Assembly: GCA_038087875.1 (NCBI GenBank)
Contig: JAXLNO010000213.1
Coordinates: 310,001-374,000 of the forward strand
DNA length: 64,000 bases
Direction of reading: 5' to 3'
From: Malacoraja senta
Taxonomy: Eukaryota
Shown: in pieces, positions 54,306 through 64,000 of the stretch
Layout of the letters: the number at the start of each line of letters is the position of its first letter
Numbering within the stretch: position 1 is the stretch's first letter
Position numbers and translations under genes: made by a program
Notes under the pieces: generated by a model
Seen by the model: only the letters and a program-made list of their open reading frames with translations
Told to the model about the DNA's origin: nothing
Database searches by the model: none

Positions 54306-54940
54306 GTATCCATGTTGAAATAGTCCCACGCTCGGGCCAAAAGTGCGTAACAGCGGACAGCAGGACAAATGAGAAATGCCGCAGAAAGAATTCCTACAAG
54401 TTCTGTTCAAATCCTAACCGCGTTACTGCATTCCCAGTAGCACAAGTGGGTTAACAAGACTTTTCAACCAACTTTGTGCGTGGTGTCTAACGGCCGTGGT
54501 TGTCAAACCGGTTCGTCTTGGTTTCAGCAGCCAGGCCGGCCACTGTTCTGGTGGATGTGGGCATTGGAATCTACGCTGTGGACAGACAGCTGCTTGCACG
54601 CACATGCTGAGCGCTGCAGCTCACAGAACTACAGCCCGGCAACTCAATCATTAAGCTGGCATTAAGCATTATTTCTTTACCTCCGATTAGGCTGTGGGCC
54701 GAGCATCAAAAATGTGTTTAGAATCCAGTTTTCGTGACCCAAGTCACCAAACTACATGAAATTTTCCACAGATTTAGATGAAATATAAGTGAGAAGGATT
54801 TCATAACTCGTCATTGCCAAAAGCTGCACATTAATTAATTAAACTAATTAGAAAATGAGAACGGCCCATATTACACCATGGGCAGCCTATTTCCGTGTTG
54901 CAGTCCATTTAAACTATATATGATTATATATATATATATA

Positions 54941-56122
54941 CTAGACCAAGTGCAGACCCGTTGGGTCTGGACACCGAACGTGCGTTTGCGGGGGGGGGTT
55001 GGGGGCTGTGGCGTCACACTAGCAATCCACTTTCCTCCAAAGCACGGAAGGGGAGAGAGGAGGGGGAGAGAGGAGAGGGCTGGAGAGAGGAAGGAGAGGA
55101 TGGGGAGAGAGGTGAAGGGGGGGTTTGGAGCGGGCGTGCATGAGTCGAGCCGCGGGCTGTGAAGAGAGAAGGGCAGAGAGAGAGAGAGAGAGGGGAGACA
55201 CAGAGACTGGTATACAAAAAAAAGCTGGAGAAACACAGCGGGTGCAGCAGCATCAATGGACCGAAGGTAACAGGCAACGCTTTATGCCGAAGCTCATCCT
55301 CAGACGGGTTTTCTCCCTAAACGTTGCATATTACCTTCGATCCATAGATGCTTCTGCACCCGCTGAGGTTATACAGTTTTTTTGTGTGTACCTTAGATTT
55401 TCCATCATCTGCAGTTCCGTCTTAAAGACAGAGAGACTGTTGGCGGGCTGTTTTCCCAACGCGCGTTTGCGGGAGGGGGGGGGGGCTGCGGCATCACACT
55501 CACACTAACCACCCCCCAACCACAGGCGGGGGGAGGGGGGGAGAGGAAGACGGTGTGGGGAGAGAAGAGGGGAGAGGGAGAAGGGGTGGGGAGAGAAGAG
55601 GAGAGGGGGAGGGAGGGGAGATGGGGAGGAGGAAAGGGGAGAGATTGGTGAGGGAGAAGAGAGCAGGGAGGGGGAGAGGGAATCCTCTTTCTCTATTCCC
55701 ACACACGTGACGACGCCCTTCGACACAGGCTGTGGGGTTGGGGGGGAGGAGCTGGGGCTGGGGCTGCTGCAAAGGCATATGTAAATTGATCCATTCCGAT
55801 TGGACATGTGTGAGCATTGGGCATTGCGACATCACACAATGGAATCTTCACTAACATTCTATGGCTGAGTGCTGTTTTTTTAACATTTTGACATTTTGGG
55901 GGGGGGGAGAAGAATTTTATTTTTTAAAGTGTACATAAACACGACGAAATTTAATCAGGAGTGGCTCTTCGTAAAGATAAATGAAATCTCTTTAAAAATT
56001 GAAAAAAATATCGGAGTTTCCGCGCGCGGTGTGGGCCTAGGGCGGTATCAAGGGTGCTTGGTGGCACAAGTCAGGCGGCCGGACCGCCGGACGGATGGCA
56101 GCCACAGAGTTTTAATATATTA
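54941..56122 (-). mobile_element. Non-autonomous Helitron, copy 1 of a tandem pair
   Basis: Minus-strand 3' end is the hairpin CAGACCC-AAC-GGGTCTG followed by CACTTGGT-CTAG. Confidence 0.75.
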
Positions 56123-57119
56123 CTAGACCAAGTGCAGACCCGTTGGGTCTGGACACCGAACGTGCGTTTGCGTGGGGGGGCTTGGGGGTCTGTGGCGTCA
56201 CACTAACCACCCCCTTTCCTCCAAAGCACGGAATCTGGCACCCACAAACGCACACAGTCATCACACCACTTGATATGATCTTAATTTTTTAATTTGCTTC
56301 TTTTATCCCATCTCCACCCTATCCACTGACGAATAGCCCTCACCTCTCATGTGCGTCTAGAGGGGGGTGGGCAGAGAGAGAAAATGTAATGTTAGGAAAA
56401 AAAATTGAAGAGGGCGAGGAGGAGGGTGGAGAGGAAGGGGGAGAGGAAGGGGGAGAGGAAGGTGGTGAGAGAGGAGGGGGAGAGAGGAGAGGGGTGGAGA
56501 GAGGAAGGAGAGGATGGGGGAGAGAGGTGAAAGGGGGGGGTCGAGCCGCGGGATGTGAAGAGAGAAGGGCAGAGAGAGAGAGAGAGAGAGAGAGGGAGGG
56601 GAGAGACAGAGAGGCTGGTACACAAAAAAAAGCTGGAGAAACACAGCGGGTGCAGCAGCATTTATGGAGCGAAGGAAATAGGCAATGCTTTGGGCCGAAG
56701 CCCATCCTCAGACTGGTTTTCTACCGAAATGTTGCCTATTTCCTTCGATCCATAGATGCTACTGCACCCGCTGAGGTTATACATTTTTTTTGTGTTCCTT
56801 CGATTTTCCAGCATCTGCAGTTCCGTCTTAAAGACGGAGAGACTGTTGGCGGGCTGTTTTCCCAACGCGCGTTTGCGGGAGGGGGGGATCTGCGTCAGCA
56901 CACTCACACTATCCACCCCCCAAACACAACGGGGGGAGGGGGGGAGGAAGACGGGGTGGGAGAGAGAAGAGGGGAGGGGGAGACGGGGTGGGGAGAGAAG
57001 AGGAGAGGGGAAGGGAGGGGAGAGGGGGAGGTGTGCTGTGTGGGCCGAGGGCGGTATCAAAGGGGATTTGTGACACAAGTCAGGCGCATGGCAGCCACAG
57101 AGCTTTAATATAATATAGA
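56123..57119 (-). mobile_element. Non-autonomous Helitron, copy 2 of a tandem pair
   Basis: Same hairpin-CTAG 3' end; 5' end is TCTATATTATATTAAAG; A/T flanks. Confidence 0.8.
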
Positions 57120-58669
57120 TATATATATATATAATGAGTGAATGAATGAGTGAATGAACGAGTGAGTGAGTGATTTGTTGTTGTTGTATTCAATTTATTG
57201 TCATTATCTCATTTTAGAGACAACGAAATGTATTTTCCTTACAGTCAAGTAGCAGAAAAATAAATAATAAATCAATAAACTTTTTTTTTAAAGCACCAAC
57301 ACAGAAGTCCACACACAGCATAATCCCACAGTGGCACCAAAGTTAAGGAAGGTACCATAGTCCAGCCACCTCCCCGCCGATCTTCCCAGATGTTCACCCG
57401 TAGTCGGGGCCTCCCGAGCACCCGCAGTCGCCGCCACGGGCGGCCCGATGCTCAGGCCCTCTCGCCGTGAACGGTGTAACCCCGACGGAGAACATCCTCA
57501 GCGGCGACCTCCAGATCAGCCACCTCCCACCGGAGTCCGCAGGCCGAGCCGGGTGGAGTCGCCGGACTCCGCGGTGTAGGTCAGCGCCGCCCGCGTTGGG
57601 AGCTCCGCGAATCACAGCTCCGCGCTGTCGGTGCAGCAGGCCCAGCACTCCGGAGCTCCAAACGGCGATCCCCGGTAAGGCATCGCCCGCCCCGCGATGT
57701 TTCCAACGTTGCGCCGCTGCTGCCGGAGCGGGGTGGGGGGCGAGGACGCGACTCGAATAATAGTCGCATCGTCACAAGGAAGCGACTGAAGGACGGTATC
57801 CCCCTTACTGTACCCTCTTCCCCCACATAAAAACCATTTAAAAAACCCACAAAAAAACGCTCTTCAAACATACCAAAAACGTAACAAAAATACAAAAAGA
57901 TACCGGACTGAAGGCGGAGGCAGCTAGCAACAGCGCCACCGAATCACCGAGTGAATGTATGAATGAATGAATGTGAATGAATGAGTGAATGTACAGCCTC
58001 CAAATCTCATTTTTTCACATTATAAAGGTGCAATTAAATTAATTAAAGTGCATACAGATTAATTTTCATTAATTCAGACTTTAGATCTTACCTTTTCAGT
58101 TCCATTTGATTCACAAAGTTTGACAGCAGCACCTCAGGCAGGGACATTGCTTTCAAGACTTTCTTCCACTTAGCTGCACATTCTTCAGACTTCTTCATGC
58201 TTTTCTCACTAAATACAATTACCTTGCTGCTAGTTTCCACGACATGTATTCCACAGAACTAGAAAAAATCTTCATCGGAATCTCCAGTAAAACAGGCATC
58301 AGTGAAGCCCTCTCAGTGCTCCCTGCCTAGCTAGCCTGAAACAAAGCGCGTGATTGGTCAACTGGCATACAACTCAATGTTAAACGTGCTTTGATTGGAC
58401 TAAAAATACCCGAACATTTTCCGGTTTTTCTCTAATTTAATGAAAATGTGCAAGTCCTGTTCATGACGAGATTCAGGGGTGATTTATATGATGTTTTTAC
58501 ACAATATGTGAAAATTGTATGTAGTTTGGTGACTTGGGTCACGAAACACTGGAATAAAGCTCCTCGGCCCACAGCCTAGATCTAAATGGCTTGCCGCTTA
58601 TTCTTAAACTGTGGCCCCTGGTTATATCTATACACACATAAATTACCAGATAAAGTTCAATGGACTATT

Positions 58670-59015
58670 AATGTTCATAGTTTTGTTTGAGCTGAGTTTA
58701 ATAGCTTGATGGCTGCGGGGAAATAGTTATTCCTGAACCTGGCCGTTGCAGTCTTCATGCTCCTGTACCTTCTACCTGAAGGTAGCGGGGAGATGATTGT
58801 GTAGCCAGGATGGTGTGGGTCCTTGATGATGCTGCCAGTCTTTTTGAGGCAGCGACTGCGATAGATCCACTCGATTGGAGCGATGTCACAACCGATGATG
58901 GACTGGGCAGTGTTTACTACATTTTGCAGTCTTTTCCGCTTCTGGGCGCACAAGTTGCCGAACCAAGCCATGATACAACCGGTCAGCATGCTCTCTACCG
59001 TGCACCCGTAGAAGT
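58670..59015 (-). mobile_element. Rex1/Babar-like LINE 3' fragment
   Basis: Encodes LTGCIMAWFGNL...KDPHHPGYTIISPLPSGRRYRS. Confidence 0.8.
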
Positions 59016-59758
59016 TCTTTCAGCATGTAGCATTCTTTCTTACCTGTAGCTTTTATATCAAGAGGGCTTGTATACAAAAACAGGGATGTAATGTTGAGGC
59101 TCTGTAAGTCGCTGGTAATCCGCATGTGGAATACTAGACAAAGGAAACACATAACAAACAGTGAAAACTGTATCTATGGTATGGGCTTAGGCTGTGAGGA
59201 CCGACAGAGCTCACTGACTCTAGCGTTTGCCCGCTGTGTCCGCGCCGCAATCATACACCAATGTACCGTCCGCCTACATATTTTAATCCACACAAGTCCT
59301 GGATCGAGCGGGTGGACACACACAGACTGTTTATACTTCCCAGAACATTCAACGGGTTCTCATATTCACTGCACATTCTCTATCCCTCTATCAACAGTGC
59401 ATTCATGAGGCAGCTAGACCAGTGATGAAACACGGTATTCGCAATCTGGCCTCACTGGAGTCATCTAACCTTTGATGGTGAAGAAATGTGGAGTGGAAAC
59501 AGACCACTCTGCTAATATTTCTTCTTTTTTTAGATAATTATTTAAACTATTTATTCAATTTTAAAGTGTAATATTCTCGCAGTGCGATGTTCTACCTCGG
59601 TGTGGCAAATATAATGTATCTACTGTTTTAAACAGTTAAATAACGTATTGAATGTTTTGGATGTGTTTTAGTCTTGTTTTAACTTGTTTTGGTTGCACTG
59701 ATCAGGAGTAGCTCTCCGAATGTCGTTGTATTTCTAAGTACAATTACAATAAAGGCTT

Positions 59759-59760
<2 letters not shown>

Positions 59761-59794
<34 letters not shown>

Positions 59795-60320
59795 ATTATT
59801 ATTATTATTATTATTAAGAGCCCTTTAAGAGCACTATCAAGCTCTCTCTTGGAAATATCCAGAGAACAGGCCTCCACCGCCCTCTGAGGCAGAGAATTCC
59901 ACAGACACACAACTCTCTGGGTGAAAATGTATTTCATCATCTCCGTTCTAAATGCCTTACCCCTTATTCTTAAACTGTGTGTGGCCCCTGGTGCTGGACT
60001 CCCCCGACATCGGGAACTTGTTTACTGCCTCCAGCGTGTCCAAACCCTTAATAATCTTATGTTGCAAAGACAACGCCTCTCATCCTTCTAAATTCCAGAG
60101 TACAAATGCCCAGCCGCTCCATTCTCGCAGCATATGACAGTCCCGCCATCGCGGGTATTAACCTCGTGAACCTACAATGCACTCCCTCAATAGCAAGAAT
60201 ATCCTTCCTCAAATTTGGGGACCAAAACTGCACACAATACTCCAGGTGTGGGCTCACTATGGCCCTATACAAGTGCAGAAGGACCTCTTTGCTCCTATAC
60301 TAAACTCCTCTTGTTATGAA
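59761..60320 (-). mobile_element. (TAT)n tract (59761-59815) followed by a CR1-type LINE fragment
   Basis: Encodes YRAIVSPHLEYCVQFWSP and FTQRVVCLWNSLP. Confidence 0.8.
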
Positions 60321-61071
60321 GAGATGTTAAGATTCGTATGTGGTGAAAGTGGAAAGCGAGTTTGGAATTACAGTTGAGTTTTAAGTACTATCGCTTTCTT
60401 CTTCGATAGAGTGTGTTGTGGAGGTCCACGCTTGTGTAAACACTCCGTTTAATAATTATACGATGCAGCCCCGTCGCTCACGAACTTCAACCACCAAATC
60501 CTTTGTACACCAACCCCACGATGGCCGAGTAATTAGTTGGCCCAGATCACGTCGTCCCGCCTCGTGACCACGTGGTTGGTCTGCCCAGATCACGCCCGGT
60601 CCACGCAAGAGCTCGAGCCCGAACCACGACGGTTCGATATCAAAATGGCTCAGCCCACCACATGACGCCCTCCCCACCTCCAGAACCGGAGGAATGGAGG
60701 CGGTTAGGCTCACGAGTGAGGAGACCAGATCTCGTGTACCCGTCTCTTGTCTTCAGGGTCGCTGCTGGCAGAGTTGAGGGCGGGGTGGTCGTGACGGTGG
60801 ACTCCCTCTCGGGCCTCTACAGATTTTGGTGTTTTTGAGTAGAGCTACCACTCGTGGAAAAATGTTGATTTTATCTCTGGATGTAGCAGCTTTGACTGTG
60901 TGGTCGCCTTCCAGAGGGAAGTGATTCAAAGAGTTTGTGGCCAGGGTGAGAGGGGTCAGAGACAGGGCCGGATTTACGTATAAGCTTGACAAACTTAAGC
61001 TTAGGGCCTCGAAATATAGGCGGCCTCTGGCCAAGGCAGGACACCTGCCGTTCAACTCTGAGCGGCCCCCA

Positions 61072-61074
<3 letters not shown>

Positions 61075-61152
<78 letters not shown>
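61075..61152. repeat. (CT)n microsatellite
   Basis: Directly visible. Confidence 0.95.
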
Positions 61153-61155
<3 letters not shown>

Positions 61156-62182
61156 AACTCTCCGTATGCGCCCGCCATCCGTATCCATGTCCGGGCCGCC
61201 GGTTCTCCGCTCTCCGCTCGCTCCTCATCCGCCGGCACGGCGGGCCTCCTTGCACATGCGCACTGCTACGGCCAGCACATCCTCCCCCTGCACATGCGCA
61301 CATCCACGGCCAGCACATCATCGGCCGCCCTGCGCATGCGCACTGCCACTGCAACTGGTCGGCGGTGGGCACTTTCTCCCTCGATTTGAATTGTTGGATA
61401 CCTGGCCGCCATTGCTGTCCGCGACCGCTGATAACCAACGCTGAATCACTCCCTGACCCAGGATCTGGAGTAACTCCCTGGAGTAGCTCTTGCTTCTGGT
61501 TTCCTGGTCCTCCATAAATATTCTAAATGGAATTTAAACTGGAGGTGGTGGAGGACTGAACAATAACAGCCTATTGTATTTTATCTGTTTATTTATGCTT
61601 CTGAATCTTCTGAATTTTTAGTCTGCATATCGCCAACTTGTGTATATATATGGTGTATAAACAAACTGAACTTTTATCTCCTGTTCTGTATTATGTTTAC
61701 ATATTCTGCTGTGCTGCAGCAAGCAAGAATTTCATTGTCCTATCTGGGACACGTGACAATAAAACTCTCTTGACTCTTAACTTGGACTTAAGCAAAAAAG
61801 GGTTCTTGGGGAAAAAGAGGTACCTTAAATTTAGTTGCGTCTGGTTGGGTAACTATGGTAGCGTGAAGACTGTTCCATGCTTTAATTGTGCGGGGGAACT
61901 CCATGCAGCAGCCAGCATCTCTGGATAGAAGAAATTGGATGACGTTTCGGGTAGAGACCCTTAATTAGACTCCCTCTGGTTTTAGTGTTTTTAGTTTAAT
62001 TTAAAGATACAGCGTAGAAACAGGCCCTTCGGCCCAACGAGCCAAGAGTCAAGAGTGCTTTATTCCCCAGTTAGAACAATGAAATCCTTACTTGCAGCAG
62101 AACAACAGAATATGTAAACATGGTTCTCTGTAAATAATGTTATAAACGAGAAAACAGAACGGTGTATTTTTATATATGAATA

Positions 62183-63650
62183 CTAGACTAAGTGGGACCC
62201 GTTGGGTCCCAGCATCACAAGGGAGGGCTGGTCATCCAACGCAATATTCCAACTCTCTACCAATTCCAATAGTGCTGGCCAGTGGTGGGGGGGGGGGGGC
62301 GCTTACTGTTGTGCTAGTATGGGTATTGTGGGCCGAAGGTACTGGTTTCCAGAGGGTTGGTATAGACATTGTGGGCCGAATAGATTCATGGGCTGGCAGC
62401 TCAGTCAGTGAGGCCAGGCAGCTCAGTCACTGAGGCCTGGCAGTACAATCACTTGGACCTGACAGGCAGGCAGCTGAGAAACTGCCTGAAATTCTGCCCA
62501 AAACAGGTGACAGACTGTGAGAGAGAAGGGGGAGAGAATGGACTGAATGGATTATTGGGCTGGCAGTTCAGTCACTTACGGCTGGTGGGCTGTCAATTCA
62601 CTTACTCAAGGCTTGTGGGCTGGCAGTGCAGTCAGTCACGCCTGGTACGCTGGCAGTTCACTCAGTCACCCCACCTACCTTCACCCCCCCCCCACTCTGC
62701 TCCTTGCCATTCCCCTCCCACCCACACATTCAGTGCATCTCCCCACAACCTCCCCCATTCACTCTTAGTGGCTCTCTCACCGAGCAGCCATTCCTGCCTA
62801 TTAGGTTCGCATTGTGATGAAGAACAGGCAGGCATGAAAAGTGCAAAAAGGATTTATTAAAGTTTAAAATGTGAATAACGCAAAAAATTTAAATGTTAAA
62901 GATGAGAATTATTAAGTTATTTGTTGTTATGTCTCTTGTTGTGTTCTGCTGCTCACTGCCTCTTGATGACTATTTCCTGTTGATAAAAAGAGACATTCAT
63001 CCCAAACAATGACTTTCACTTGCCTCATGAAATGTGCCGTCTTAGATTTCTTCTCGATGTTACAGAATGTATCCTCGGCCACTTGGATGGGTATCTTGAA
63101 TCGAGAATGTGTAGTTCTTCCACCAGGCATTAACGTAGCTGCTATCACAGTGGATGCTACAGCAATAACCACATCACCTTGACCTCTAACTTTTCCTGAC
63201 ATGATGTCGAAAAAGCAGCCTAAAGACAATTTCAGTTGTTAATGAACACTGAAGAATTTGTGCAAAACATTGTTTTCAGGCGGGGGCTGTCAGGGTGGGG
63301 TGGGGGGTGGTAAACGTCGTGCAGCCAAGGGAGGGGCACAGCTTCAGGCGGTGGCTCTCGTGAGCTGATAAGAAGGGGGGGGGTCCTCCAGCTGGGGATG
63401 TGGGCGGCTTCAGTAGGGGGCAGGAGGGGGCGCATCTTATAGCCAGGCGGAGGGCAGCGTCTTGAGGTGGGCGATGTCAGTGGAGGGGGGGGGGGCGGTG
63501 AGAGACTTACTCATGACCTCTGGACTCACTCACTGCCTCGGGATTAACTCATGGCCTTTGGACTGACTGACTGACTCACGGCTTGCGGACTGACTGACTT
63601 ATGCCCGATTTCTGGAGTGACGTCCGACTTTTGTAAACTGAAAACTGTAA
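62183..63650 (-). mobile_element. Helitron derivative with a PIF1-type helicase fragment (~62990-63200)
   Basis: 3' end is the hairpin GGGACCC-AAC-GGGTCCC followed by ACTTAGT-CTAG. Peptide IAVASTVIAATLMPGGRTTHSRFKIPI...VIVWDE matches PIF1/RepHel motifs Ia-II. The 5' boundary is uncertain. Confidence 0.8.
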
Positions 63651-63779
63651 CATCTACATTGAGGAACAGCTTCTTCCTGACAGCCATCAGGCTATTAAAC
63701 ATAACAAATATGATCTGGACTACGAAATACTATATTTGTGTACTATTTGTTATTTGTTGATCACATATAACTTCCACCT

Positions 63780-64000
63780 CACACACACACACACAGACTC
63801 ACTGACACACACACAGACACATACTCGTATACACACACACACACAGTCTCATATACACACACACACAGACTCATACATACACACACACACATACAGACTC
63901 ATTCACACACACACAGACGCTTTCACACATACACATACAGACTCATTCACACATACACACACAGACTCATTCACACACCCACACAGACTCATTCACACAC
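63780..64000. repeat. (CA)n-rich degenerate microsatellite
   Basis: Directly visible. Confidence 0.9.

Larger units (their letters stand above)
54688..58578. mobile_element. Non-autonomous TIR DNA transposon with 3-bp TSD (Academ-like) carrying nested insertions
   Basis: TIRs TAGGCTGTGGGCCGAG...CTCGGCCCACAGCCTA plus inner inverted ttcgtgacccaagtcaccaaactaca. GAT flanks both ends. Removing it restores a CR1-like ctccgat-ctaaatggctt. Confidence 0.75.

Noticed and set aside
56389..57108. 239-aa Gly/Glu/Arg-rich ORF
   Set aside because: Purine-rich low-complexity interior of a non-autonomous Helitron.
60963..61020. CAGGGCCGG hAT-like terminus
   Set aside because: No matching second TIR or TSD was found, so no element could be delimited.

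Overview
Eukaryotic, repeat-dominated vertebrate DNA. The repeat set (CR1/HER1-type LINEs, HE1/V-SINE, Rex1/Babar, Penelope-derived palindromes) and the GPCR type point, by inference, to a cartilaginous fish, probably a skate or ray. The only host genes are a cluster of two-coding-exon, GPR139/GPR142-like class A orphan GPCRs in different states. Gene B (minus; exons 48347-48278 and 46561-45600; 343 aa) looks intact. Gene A (minus; exons 4871-4802 and 2773-~1806) is a close paralog with two 1-bp deletions. Gene C (plus; exons 31656-31755 and 33483-34414; 343 aa if spliced) has open exons but a GG instead of GT donor. An inverted paralogous block (~24.2-27.6 kb) has lost its receptor altogether. 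The rest is nested mobile DNA: a ~4.2 kb TIR element with a decayed divergent DDE transposase, non-autonomous Helitrons (one with a PIF1 helicase fragment, one with a 41-bp satellite), an Academ-like TIR element with a 3-bp TSD, an L1, a Gypsy remnant, a DIRS-like inverted repeat, Penelope-type hammerhead cores, mini- and microsatellites, and a 200-N gap. Family names come from motif recognition by eye, no database search was run, and repeat boundaries are approximate.
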